This document shows, one piece after another, positions 38,665 to 51,288 of a DNA stretch of 64,000 nt. Source of the stretch: Glaucostegus cemiculus. Taxonomy: Eukaryota. The notes under the pieces are model-generated. The model made no database searches. It was not told the origin of the DNA and saw nothing but the letters and a program-made list of their open reading frames with translations. Each line of letters opens with the position of its first letter. Within the stretch, counting starts at the first letter, position 1. The stretch lies in NCBI GenBank assembly GCA_976551045.1, contig CDPCPM010000418.1, forward strand, positions 5,456,001 through 5,520,000. Reading direction: 5' to 3'. Both the position numbers and the translations under genes were made by a program.

Positions 38665-41600
38665 CTGAAAAACAAAATCATGAATTAGATTATTGCAATC
38701 AAACTCTCCCTCTCTCCCCTTCAACATCTATATCCCCGTCAGCACAGCTCCCATTTCCACATTCCACCCCACCCCACCCCACCTCATCCACAGAAGAACA
38801 GAGCAACAGTGTAGGAAAGTTACAACAATGTTCTGTTTAATTCCGAAAGCCCACACCCACCCTACTGAGAATGTTCATTGAGCTCAGCTCACTCCTCATG
38901 ACTTGGGTTAAGGTGCATCGTAGAACCTTACCTCGTACCAGGAGGACGTTTGGTCCATCGTAACTATGCCAGATCTCTGAGAGTACTCTCTCCATTCCTT
39001 ATCTCCATCCTGTGCAACTTTTTCAAAAGATGTTAAGAATGCTTCTAGGATTGTTTTTGATCAGATGTTTTCCTAAATTCTCCCATCATTATATTTTATT
39101 CCATTTAGTTACTGATTTACTCTCTGCTCCAGTGGAGAGTCCAAGTACCTTTTTTTTAAGTCTCTCATCACTGAAAGGCTTCCAGCTCTGATGCCAAGCA
39201 GTGAATCCCCGGTTCCTTTTCCGTGACTTTGACACCTTCTCAATGTGGCCAGCCAACAACCGGTTTATCCTTTGGCCGCTTTATGATGCAGGTGTTGCAC
39301 TGACAATCCTTGGTCACAACTAATAGTTGACACTTACAGGTGTAGCATCACTTCTGCATTCATACTCAGCACCCCACCGGTAACTCTCAGGTCACTTATT
39401 TTAACTATTTCATTTAATCTTCAACATAGTTAGAAAAGCAGCAATGAAATTTACAGTGGAAGTGGGACTAGATTTAGGTGGCTGCATCTTGGTACAATGG
39501 GTGGCAGGTGGAATTGAAGACAAAACAGAGGATTTATGAGTAATTGTAAAAAAAAAAATGAAAATTGTGAATAAGGAGCATTATTGCAACAGCTCTGTTC
39601 ATGAAGGAACAAAAAGATAAATCAGGTAAGTAGAGATTAACTAACCTCAGATCCATTGCTTAAACACTTTCAGTTTGACTGCTGCACCTTCTATTGAGAC
39701 CACGGCAGATTTTGCCTTTATATTATTGCCACTGAGAACACAAGTTGTTGAATACAAAAAAAAATTCCACTGACCAAGTTACAATCATTTGTTTCATTCA
39801 TAATGAGAACATTAAATCCATTGGGTGTACCAAGATTACTTAATACCATGTGAAATACTTAGACTGCTGTCTCTATCCTCAAGTGGATGAATATCAGAGG
39901 ATAAGAAATGGATTAGTTCTACCCTATAACTTAACCAGTGGGTTAGTTGAACTGAACATGCCTGAAACTAAGTCTTTTACCACATTCATCACCTCAAATT
40001 AAGAGCTTAACTTATTTTTAAATGCTTAGTGACTTAATACTGTATACCAGTTAATGGATCACTGGGCTGCACAGAGCAGGAATTGATACGGTTGTGTTCT
40101 TGGCCCCAACTGAATTGATATAATTGTCCTAGTGCTCACAGGCTCGGGGTGTAAGGACTGATTTAGGTGTGTGGTTGTTGGCTATGGCCTGGGATTGTTT
40201 GCAGTGGAAATGCATTTCACAGTCAAATAGTGTAAAGAAGAAACTGCAAGTCAGCAGTTCGGTCAGCATGTTTAACTCAAAGATGCATAAAATAGCGGGT
40301 ATGATACTTGATTAGAAAAGGGGTTGGATGTTATCTGGATCCCTATATTCATTTAAGAGCTCTGTTCTCCTTCAATCCAGTGTTCAAGTGCATTGCCTCT
40401 CCCTTCACTCCACCAGCAGTAATAGTGCATTCAGCTGTCTGGGCCCTAAGCTTTGCAATTCTCCCTAAATCTCTCCACCTTTTTTCCATTTAGATGCCCT
40501 TTAAAACTGCCTCTTTGGCTGAGCTTCTGCTCACCTATTCTAATCTCACTTTAGAGGGCAGTGGTATCAAACCTGGCTTTACAATGCTGCTGTTGTGTGC
40601 CTTGGGACATTTTACATCATTCAGAAAAAATTATATTTGTTGAAGTGTTAACCTGGCTTTACTGGGACTTACTGGCTAGTTGTGCTGTTCCAGAAAACCT
40701 TATTGTTATGCCAAGGACCCCAGTAGCAGTTATTGCCTGGACCCAGAGTGCTCACTGGAGCAGGGCAAAGCTTCTGGAGGCTGCACCAGCAGCAGTCAGA
40801 AGCTTCAACAACAGAGAGGAGAAAACTGTATTTTCTAATGTTTAAAGTCTCTGGCTCAGTAAATCAAAGAAAAGAACAAATCACAGCATCCAAGTAAAAT
40901 GTGTAGCATCATTTGAAAAACGATGGGAATATTTGATCAGAGTAAAAATAAATCAGTCCCAGAGGCCTTTTCCAACTTCCTTTAGAAAGGAAAATAAAAT
41001 TCCGAAGTTACAGTAATCACTCCTGCCAGGCCTCAGACACTTCTGCCTACCCTATTTTAAACTTCCAGCTGAATTTAATTAAGAACAGAAGCAAGCAACC
41101 TAACACTGATCAAAAGTGGGGGGATGGAAATACGGTTTTATTTACAGAAGCAAGCTGTGAACTTGTTTTGTGTGTGGAGATGCAATCTCTGCTAATGTGT
41201 TGTGATACATCAGCAAAATACGTCCATCTCCAGCATGTGACCTCAGAAGACAGCTTTGTAATTACATTGACCAAAATGCAGGAATAGTGTTCAGGAAATG
41301 TCCCACCAGCAGCGGCAGTAATAAACAAATTATTGGAACCAAACAGCCAAGGCAGGAAGTACGTGGCTGGATGTTGCACCTTACTTTGTGGTTGTGCCTT
41401 TATTCTGGGAGGAAAACTTTACAAGGTTAAATCCTTCCGGTCAGGATTCCACTGTACCAAGATGTTCACATCAAAGTCACAAAAGTAGCTTACGAATGTA
41501 ACAAAGGTAAACTGTCCCTCAATTTCTTGAAAATCAAAAGAACTGCTAAATACTGAAAATCTGAAACAAAAACAAAATGCCAGAAATGTGCAGCAGGTCA

Positions 41601-42664
41601 GCAAGTATCTGTGCAAAGAGAAATAGAGTTGACATTTCAGGCCGAAGACCCTTCATCAACATCTTGACCTGTCAGCTGCCCTTAACACAACGGACCACTC
41701 CATTCATCCTCTAATTCCAAACAACTCGTGCCGGTCTGAATGGAACTGCACGTCCTTGATCAATTCTTATTTTCTATCTGCTTTTGCTCAGTTACTTCTG
41801 TATTTCTCATCTATACGCTGCACCTCAGCAACATTGTCTGAAAACACAGCTTGTGTTTCCACACGTATGCTGAAGGGATCTAATCCTTCACTTGTCTCTA
41901 AATTTTCGGATTAGAACTGAATGAGCAGAAATTTCTTACAACTAAATATTGAACTAATGATCTTTGGGCTCTATTGCAATATCAGTCCCTGTCCACAAAA
42001 ACCCATCCCTCTCCTTGGCAACTGTGTGAACATGAACCAGGCTGTCAGAAACCTTGGGGTCATCTTTGATCCAAAGAATATATCCATGTCATTGCTAAAG
42101 TAAACCAAATACCACCTCCCTAGTATCACTTGACATCACCTTATCTTCAGCTCACCACTGCTGAAACATTCTTTAGGCCTGGAGAGTTGACTATTCCCGG
42201 CTGTACCCTCTGTAAACTTATACATCCAAACCTATGCTACCCAAGACCTAGCTAACAAAGTCCTGCCCGTCTGAGTCTCCCCTTGACTTTCATCTGGTGA
42301 GGAACTCTGGTGATGAAGGGCGAAGAACAAAGTTCGACAATTCGAACACAAAACTAACTTCGGCAATCCATTCTATAGATAGTTTAAATTTTGGCTCATT
42401 TCTCTGCTCTTAATCCTGGCATTCACATACAGTATCATCATGTTATCTTATTCAAATGCCCTGGAGGATGAGCACTGGCATGCAGCTCATTCATGGGAAA
42501 CAAGACAACCATGTTGGTCTTCATCCAAAGAAAATTCAACTACTCTGAGCCTTGTTAGCTTAAAATTACTTCCCGATTCCAATTTAGTTATTGCTTGTAA
42601 TATAAAAGTATGATGTGACATTAGCAACCAGGAATGTCACACAATCCTCATTACTGAGGCTTAC

Positions 42665-42881
42665 CTGGTTTCCCTGTTTCACCTTTCTCTCCCGGTGCTC
42701 CAGGCATTCCATCCCTCCCATTTCTCCCATCCCGCCCTGCCATCCCTGGATGCCCATTCCGTCCCGGAGTTCCTGGAATTCCCGGCTGACCAGGACAAAA
42801 TCCAGTAAATACGTTTTCTGCACTGTTGGGTGACGCACATGACAGCAAGCAGAACAAAAGGAACAAGGTAAGAGGAGTCAT
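42665..42881 (-). CDS. C1QTNF5: C1QTNF5 (CTRP5) first coding exon: signal peptide, N-terminal Cys, start of collagen domain; exon begins at 42908
   Basis: [18 protein letters not shown] hydrophobic leader, then [13 protein letters not shown]...[10 protein letters not shown]...GEKGE Gly-X-Y repeats; acceptor ccttttatctctacag at 42909; donor G|GTAAGC. Confidence 0.95.
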
Positions 42882-42929
42882 TCCGAGGCTTGTGAAGAAA
42901 GTCTGGTCCTGTAGAGATAAAAGGAGCTA

Positions 42930-43900
42930 CAGTTAGGCCTTGGCAGGTGTACTGTTCGAACACCAGCTTCAGGAAGGATGTCAACACCCTAGAAAGGTAC
43001 AGTGCAGCTTTAGAGTCATGGAGTTGTACAGAATGAGAAACAGGCCCTTCAGCCCATGACCATGCCAGCCTTTGTGCCATCCACATGAATCTGCCCATCT
43101 GCCTGTCCTAGGTCCATATCCTTCTGTGCTGCGTGTTGTATCTGACTCCATCAACTCCCCTGGTAGCAAGTTCCACATATCAACCACTGTCTTTTCTTTA
43201 AAAAAAACTTTCCCTTCAAATCTCTTTAAAATTTCTTTCTCTCACCTTAACCTATTCCTTCTTGTTTTTACCTAAAATGGGAAAACAATTCTGACTATCC
43301 ACCTTTTCTATGCCCCTTCAGTTTATATACCTCACGTCAGGTCAGTCCTCGGCCTCCTTCACTCCAGTGAAAACAAGCCCAGTCTGTCCAATCTCTCCTC
43401 ATAACCAAAGTCCTCCAATCCAGACCACATCCAGATGAATTTGCTCTGCACTCTCTCCAGCAACCTGCACACAATACCCCGGGTGTGGTCTAACCAGTGT
43501 TTTGTAAAGTTGCAACATTACATCCTAATTTTTATATTCATTGCCTCAACCTACGAAAGCAAGGATGCCATATGGCTTCTACCACCCTGAATGAAGGTAT
43601 AACAGCCTTTCATCGTGCGAGACTGGGATTGTTCTCCTTGTTACACCAAGCAGACTGGGGGAAAATTTAATAGACATTCATGAAGAATTTTTAGAGTAAA
43701 TACAAACAAAAAGATTTCTCTTGCAGGAGGGTCAGTAACAGAGGACACAGTTTTAAGAAACCAGCAAAAGAAGCACAGGGTTGTTGAGGTACAATATTTT
43801 TAGCTGTCAAGTTCTTATGATCTTAAAAGCACTGCCTAAAAAGTTAGTTGAGCAAATTCAATAGTTACATTCAAAAGGAAACTGGATAAATATCTGACAA
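42930..43900. mobile_element. Old plus-strand CR1 remnant interrupted by a minus-strand CR1 3' fragment (about 43012-43590), in C1QTNF5 intron 1
   Basis: gttaggcc…ttcaggaaggatgt…ctagaaagg resembles the LVRP…RKDV.ALER segment and resumes near 43600 (ctgggattgttctcctt). The inner copy has the acaggcccttcagccca tail in reverse. Confidence 0.7.
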
Positions 43901-46617
43901 GAGAAAAGAATTACAATGGGAAAAGGGCCAGGGCAACATTCCGGATGGATAACTCTTTGAACAAGTCTCGTATGACCAAACTGGCAGAACAACCTCCGTG
44001 CTGTGTGATACTGTCTCCTATTTTAGTGTATTTTTGAACATTTGTTCCACAAACATGCATCTTCACTTCCCCAATTTTCCTGAAGAATCGTGGGCTGTCA
44101 GGAAGACAGCATTAGAGTGATCGGTTGTCATGTTGTCAGAGCCATGTGGTATTGGGGGTGATAGAACAATGAAGTGTCTGGATCTTGTGATGGTGGAATG
44201 TCAGTGAGACTACTTGTCACTGAAGGAATGTCATGGTGACAAAATGTGTGTCAAAGTGTCAGGATGATATTGTCAGGGTGACAGCATGTTGGTATAATGG
44301 CATCATCTTCCTGGGGTAAGACGGTGTCAAGATATTGGGGTGTAGCACTAAAGGTCTCTGATGTTGTGTTGGACTGACAGGTTGACTGGATGTTAAGGTA
44401 ACTTGGATTTCTATCCTATTTCTGTCAGGCAGAAGAATAAGATTACAGTATTGCCTGGAAATTCAAATGCACACTTTTTAAAGCATTTTGCAATTGAAAT
44501 TTTATTTTCTTGAGTGAAGCATTCTAACAATGAGCTCTAGGTTATTTTGTGTCAATCAAAATAAGTCAACAGGCTCTTCCTATCATGAGTCACCATTGAG
44601 TACCTGACACTATTTCTGTGCTGGGGATTGCATGAAATGACATCATTCCCTGTGGAGCACTGTTCCTGCAGGAGAACTTGGTCCATGTTTTCCAGGGGCA
44701 CTGTCACTGGGCACTCCAGGGCAATATGATGTTAAAACTGTCATGCCAGACTACAAAGCTTGCAAGGTAAGTAAATTATTTACCCAAGACCCTCCCTTCC
44801 CCACTTGCATTAAAATGACAAGCTCTAACCAATCCCCAGGCAGACCCCCCCCCCCTTACCATCTCCTGGGCTGAAGGCTCCTTCGACCTTAAAGTCACCC
44901 CCAGTGCTACCAGTACCAATCCCCCACATCTGAAGCTGCATCATATTTATTGCACCCCCCATCATCACCCTCCCCACCTCCTCCCCCCCCCCCCCCCAAG
45001 GTGCTGCCAGGCCTCCAGTTCTAATCTTTCCTTCTAATGATGCAAATCCAGTTCCTGTCCCTGCCCTCACTGTCAATCCAGTTGCTCCCCCACCTGCTAC
45101 AATTCTGCCAGTCCCAAACTAGCACCAGCCCTTCTCCCCACCCTCAGTGTGGGAGCCAAGCCCCTGGATGCCACCAGTTCTTGTCCCACCTCATCTCGAC
45201 CAGTGCTGCTGATCCCAATTCACCACCATGATGCTGTTGACTTGAACTGCTCCCCTTCCAGCCCCAGTCTGTCAATCCCACTTTGCCCAACAATCTGACA
45301 ATCTCAGTCACCTTCACCTGCTCACACCTCCACCTCCAAAGTGAATTTCCTGTTCTGATATTCCACCCTCAACAACATTGTCCCAACCTCCAATCCCCTC
45401 CTCCAACCCACAATGATCTGTCCCCTGTCCATTCCCCCTCCCCACCCTCTCTACCCCCTCCATTGTGCCTGTAGCCAATGACTTTGAGCTTAGCCTCAGA
45501 AAAGCAGGATCAAGTGGCACATGTTTGGCTGAGCAAATATGCAATGCCCAGTTGGACCTCCATTACAATGCAAGTTTGTTGTAGTGGGCCAGTGTACAAA
45601 GCAGTCACTAGCACCCTGTATCTGTGCACACTCTGAAGGCCACTTTTGAATTTCTAGAACCATTTTCTTCCACCCTTTGAGAACAGGATGGGTGGGGTGA
45701 GGAGGGGCCAGTTGAGATTCTGAAGAGAGAAAACAAGGATACTGTTAACCCTCATCATGTCGTCTAAGGTACCGTCTGCTTAACTAGTAATGATCTTTGT
45801 TTTATCCCACAGGATACCAACCAGTGAACATTAAAAAAAACAGTTTTGGAATGCAAACAAGCTACTCCCCATTGACCACGGAACCGAACTGGAACCTTAA
45901 CCAGAAGTTGCAGGTTAGGAGCCGTCTATTAAATGAGGTGACTGCAGCTGTTAAACAGGAAAGCTGAAGCCTCTTATTTAATGGACGTTCAGCATCAGCT
46001 CTGAGAGCTTCTCGTTATTTCCCAGTAGTGTTTCTGAAATGTTTTGACAAAAGCAATCTCACTTCTGTTAATATAAGTTTAAATTGGCTACAAAACAAAC
46101 AACAAACATCCAACTGCCAGCAATGAAGTTTTATAAAATCTAGAAACCCTTTTTAATCATCTCTTCATGAACACATGCAACGAGCTGCAATGCACCGAAA
46201 TAGATCATTCTGACAATGTGAACATCATCCCAGTCAACAGTTTCTTTGTCTCAGAAATTTAAAGTAAGCATTAAAATATTCTTCATGGTGCCAGCTCCAA
46301 GTTTTTTAAGACAAACTGTCATTTCACTTAATAGTTAAACTCTTTTCATGCTCTCAACTATTTATTATCCTATACAATAGCCCTATTCGGTGGGAGACCA
46401 TATAAGCAAAAGTTAAAACCCTCCAGACTGCACCCTAACTAACATCTCCACAGAAAATATTTTTAACTCGACACACAGCCAACATCTGGGACACGATCTC
46501 TAACAGCTGGAGCATGTACAGGAAGTGCTCATATTGTTAATAAGATTTAAAGTTCCAATCCTCGGATCCCATGGAAACCAAAAAGAAACCCCTCAAGAAG
46601 TACGTGAAGTAACTCAC

Positions 46618-46800
46618 CATGAACTTGTGCTGTTTTACTTCTGCGAGGAGTGTGAGAGTGATGATAGTTTGTTGATGCCCACAGCCAGTGTCAGTATGGC
46701 TCTCAGCAGTCCCAAAGTCTCCTGATCAGACAGCTCCACCACTCGGCTCAGTTCAAAGGGAATGAGAAAAGTCTCTTGCTCATAGGCTCTGACTCCAGGA
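46618..46800 (-). other. C1QTNF5: Candidate first (mostly untranslated) exon of C1QTNF5; 5' boundary unknown
   Basis: Strong donor ATG|GTGAGT at 46618/46617 in non-repetitive sequence between the MFRP stop and the C1QTNF5 acceptor at 42908, which requires an upstream donor. Confidence 0.5.
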
Positions 46801-48844
46801 AATGGTTGATGCGCTCAGAGGCAGAGCCAGAAACAGCAGGGCAAGAAACAGCAGGTCAAGAAAAGATGGAGGCTGGGAACAGACCGAGTAAAGAGTCTTT
46901 CAGTCTGGAATTGAATGAATAAAGTAAAAAAACTATTCTCACAGGGACAGTTCCTCTTTTCAGATAATTTTTTTTAAAGGATAATGTGTACTAACTAAAA
47001 CAGATAATTGAAACTGTTGTACATATTCTAACCCGCCTGCTCTCTGAGTATTCAGTCCTACTCCAAGAATCGACAACAATATTCCAAGTGAACATTACAT
47101 TCCAACATGGGAGAACTGCTGCATCAACCAAAGTGTTATCCTTTAAATAGTGTTAAACCAGCATCCTGGGCTCACCCAAGACTATGTACGAATGTAAAGA
47201 ATATTATTTGAAAATGCCTTCCTGTCCTGGGGTCAAGATTCCTTGCTTAACCAGCAGCATGAAAAATAGACTAAGAGTCAAACAACTTAATTTGTTGTGC
47301 ATGATGTGTTTCTGAGAAATGTGACGAGACCCTACATAAATGCAAGACAAGCACAGAAAATGCTGGAAACAGCAGGTCAGAGAGCATCTGTGGAAACCCA
47401 GAGTTAAGGTTTCAGATTGAAGAGCTTTCTGGTCTTTGTTTCAGAATTCCATCACCTGTAGTTTCTTGATTTTCATATAACTGTAAGTACTTTCTAAATT
47501 ATTTTATTCTACTTATTTGATAGTACAAGGGATGTCAAGATTCTAAATACAGCCTAAAGTGGAATGGACAGTAACCAAACCCCACTAAAATAAAAATTCA
47601 TTTATATACTTAAATTGAATCAGTTATACAAATTGGTAACATATGTCACACAGCTAAGTTTTACTGAATATTATTTGGTGTTAAAAGTAGTTTTTATCAA
47701 GCTATCTTTCAGTTCACCTTTTTCCACAATTTTCTTCTATTCTCTCCTGATAAAGCTGACTCCTTACATAACTAAAGATAAGTTATTCACTTTTCATTAG
47801 CTGACTCCATACGGGTTTTGCATCAAACCCAGAACCTCCCTGGTCCATATGGTTTGGTGCTGGACTAGGATGTGCATTCATCTGCTGAATTTTGGGGGCA
47901 ATTGATTTCAACGTTCTGAATGACACACGAGAGGTGTTTTTAATTGTAAGGCACCTTTTGGGAGACAATTATGCTGGCTTTGCACCCCATGTAAGTTGAA
48001 ATCATAAAATATATGGGACATCACTTGGCCAAGGAGGTGTGTGTACAGGCTTGATCAGCATTTTGTTTTCTATCAGAACATTTTGGGGATAAAAATGTTC
48101 AAAATAAACAGGTTATACTGGGAAAAACACACAGCACCCAGTCAGATGAGATAATTCCAAACTGATTCCATTTACATCCTTGAGGTATCAATTCACTTCC
48201 CTCCCCGTGATCACCTTCCCACCAATCATATTTACCCACACACCTACAACCATAGATTTTTTTTTCTGTGATCTCCATGGGATCTAAAAATGATGGGAGA
48301 TCACAAAGTAAAGGTCTTTGTAGATGTTAGGATATCACACTCGGGGAGCCCAGCACAAACTGGCATGGGCCACCATGGTAAGCCCCACCTTTGCCTGTGT
48401 TTTAAGAACATATTACAAATTCCATCTTAGAGTCTTCATAACTGCAAAATATGTCCTTGTTTTGGATAATAATTGGCTTTCTGAAAACTCTTCTGCTGTA
48501 GTTTGCACTGCCTTGAAACAAAAATTATTGTTCCAACACAAGTATTCCCAATCTATAGTAACTGTGATAATCCAGCCTCACATCCATCTATCACCAACCT
48601 TAAGGCCACTCAGACAGTCAAGAGTCTTTGTCTTGGCAAAGGTAGAATAAAACTTCACATGAAAGGCACTTTAAAAAATTGCAAAGTTCTTTACTTTAAC
48701 AAAGAGATGTCTAGTTAGCATTTAGTGAAACTTGTTCATGTGGTCTCCCAAACATTGTGTTATTGAGTTGCAGTTAAAACAATTTCTCTTTCTGGAGCCA
48801 AGATGGATGTCGGTATGGATTGGATTGCGGTGTTACATTTTCAT

Positions 48845-49069
48845 CTAAGGTCTCACGCATTCAATGGGGTCATCAGAATCCGGAAAAAGGTCGCAGTTAA
48901 AAGGCCACATTATGCCTAGAGACTCCAGTGAATGCTGGCATTGTTTCTCAGCAGACAGACAGAGAGACTGGCAAGGTGGTACGACACCACCATCCCATGT
49001 GCATTTGGGCACAAAGATGCTGCAAGTCAGCAGGCGAAGATTCTCATAGCAAACCAAGCCCGTCAGGAG
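48845..49069 (-). CDS. MFRP: MFRP last coding exon, Frizzled CRD C-terminal half (LLTGLVCYENLRLLTCSIFVPKC...CDLFPDSDDPIECVRP*)
   Basis: Acceptor cattttaacag; 225 nt, phase 0; TAG stop at 48847-48845. Domain order CUB-LDLa-CRD at the C-terminus and adjacency to C1QTNF5 identify MFRP. Confidence 0.94.
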   Translation of the reverse strand, partial: LLTGLVCYENLRLLTCSIFVPKCTWDGGVVPPCQSLCLSAEKQCQHSLESLGIMWPFNCDLFPDSDDPIECVRP

Positions 49070-50226
49070 CTGTTAAAATGAAAGAATGGGCTGTTAGTGA
49101 TGTGACATCCAAGTTACAAATAGAGCAGATCAGAGTCATCAGTACTGGGATCTTGTCCGACTGGATCTAACACCTAACCATCCAGCAGAAAGCTGACAAG
49201 AGTGGAAAGGAAATGTGAAACCAAGAATCACAAATAAACTGCGTGAAACAGTGATCTAGCAATGTCATTTACTCCACTGAAAGGATTTGGAATAAATATC
49301 TGGTTGGGAGCAGGATCTCACCACCTTAACAAATTCCCAGCAGAGTCACTGGATCTGTGTACCTCAGTAATCTTGCTTCACTGATTGAAATCATTATTCA
49401 TTAGCACCTGAAGTTACAGATCCCTAATTTTCAACTTGATTCTGTAACTTACAAACCAAGATTAACTAATATGTGATTCACCTTAAAACTCGTTCTTAAC
49501 CTGACACACGGCTCTTATCCTGTTTTCCCCAAGTGGTGTGATGCAGCAATACATTTGAACCTCGCACTTCCCCATGCCCATGGAGGGATAATGTTCCCTG
49601 GGAAGAGCAGCAGCACCGAAGGGAATCACTTCAGAGATGTGAAGATAAAAGTGACTTTGATTGCCTTTGGGCATCAAGGAGCATTTGCACTGACTTTCCT
49701 ATGACATTGCATCCATAGCAGGCAAGGTGAATATTTTATCCACATTTTGTATTATTCAAGGTAATAAATCTGATTCTGCAAGCTGGTACAACACTGGAAT
49801 ATTTCATTATGTTCCTAGGCGCTTGTTTGAACAGAATCTCTCCCAACTCACTGCTCACAATGTGATGTTACCTTGGGATATATCCTAACTTATTTCTTCT
49901 CCCTGCAAAAGTGGATCATCCTGGCTTTTCATTTTCCCCAGCAAAGATCTATTACCCTTTAACACTCAGACAATTCTAATGCACAACACATTTTGTTTCT
50001 CTTCAGTGCCATGGGGGCTAAAATTATCAAAATAGCATAGCTGTTCTGCATCAAATTCAAAATCAACTAACTCAATGCACTTCAGAAGTTAAAAAAAGAA
50101 AAAGAGCTGTGCACTTTGACACACTGTAATGGGACAGACTGGAGGACCATTATTTCATATTGAAAATTCTCCTCAGTAGCCACCGTCACATCAGTAGATG
50201 TAGTAGGGATAGCTGTGCTCTCTCAC

Positions 50227-50354
50227 CTTGTAGTCCTTCAGGGTAGAAATAGCACTTCTCTGATCTGGAATTCCAAGCCAGATATTAGGGAATGAAGTTT
50301 CATTATAACTGAGTCCTTGACACATCTCCACCTCAATCTTCTCACAGGCAGTTT
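50227..50354 (-). CDS. MFRP: MFRP exon, Frizzled CRD N-terminal half (ETACEKIEVEMCQGLSYNETSFPNIWLGIPDQRSAISTLKDYK)
   Basis: Acceptor ctcctcttttccag, donor AAG|GTGAGA; 128 nt, phase 1-0; CE.I...MC.GL.YN.T.FPN Frizzled motif, closely resembling MFRP. Confidence 0.94.
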
Positions 50355-51013
50355 CTGGAAAAGAGGAGCAAAATATTCATGGCAGGTTTTGATGTTCTGA
50401 AACAGCTGCATAAATCGTTGTGACCACCTTGCTCCTGGGCATATATACTGCAGAGTATTGCCATCGATGAGAAGATCATCGTGACTGTGGTATTCCATAC
50501 TCCTGTTACTAGGGTATCAGTGGATACTGCAGCTCCAAAGCATCACCATTATGGATAACCCTATCATGCAGACTGATAGAGACAAGAAGAACAGCCAGCT
50601 GGCATGGTTACGAGAGATTTCTTGATATGATGCTGAACCATTCAGATAAATTTCATCTTGGAACTATGGACCAGTTAGGATCTAATGGCAAAGGGAATTT
50701 GACACAAGGGAGGGGAAAACATATCCAAACTTCTAGGTACAAAGAAATAAGTGATAAGGTTCGCCATACAGTTCAAAAATAGAGAACTTAAAAAAAGATA
50801 CTTTATTCAAGTCCTGTAAGAATCATAAGAGCCTGATGAAACTATAAATGCAAGGTTAACCTCTGGTGACCAACATTTCCACTTATCTCTGTGTCCTGGA
50901 GGCACTTATACCTCCAGATTCCAGCATCTGCAGTTGCCTGTGTCTCCATTGAACACAAGTTTACAAACATTTCTCCAGACATTTAGCTTATAAAATACAT
51001 TGATAAATAAAGC

Positions 51014-51288
51014 TAGGCAGAAAGCTGAAGACCAGGACCTCAAGGGTAGTAATCTCTGGATTACTCCCGGTGCCACGTGATAGGGAAGTTAGGAACAGGG
51101 AGAGGAGGCAGTTAAATACGTGGCTGAGAGAGTGGTGCAGGGCAGAGGGATTTAGATTTTTGGATAATTGGGATCTATTCTGGGGAAGGTGGAACCTGTA
51201 CAGAGAGGACGGGTTACACCCCAACCGGTGGGGGGCAAATATCCTGGCAACACGTTATGCTTGGGTGGTTGATGAGTGTTTAAACTAG
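51014..51288 (+). CDS. CR1 ORF1 C-terminal fragment, SGNH/GDSL esterase-like (…RVVISGLLPVPR…LNTWLREWC…GFRFLDNWDLFW…LYREDGLHPN…CLN*)
   Basis: DGLH catalytic block V motif typical of CR1 ORF1 esterase; stop TAG at 51286-51288. Confidence 0.88.

Noticed and set aside
44763-44772. Perfect plus-strand donor AAG|GTAAGT antisense to C1QTNF5
   Set aside because: No supporting acceptor, ORF or other exon; a single 9-mer is insufficient.
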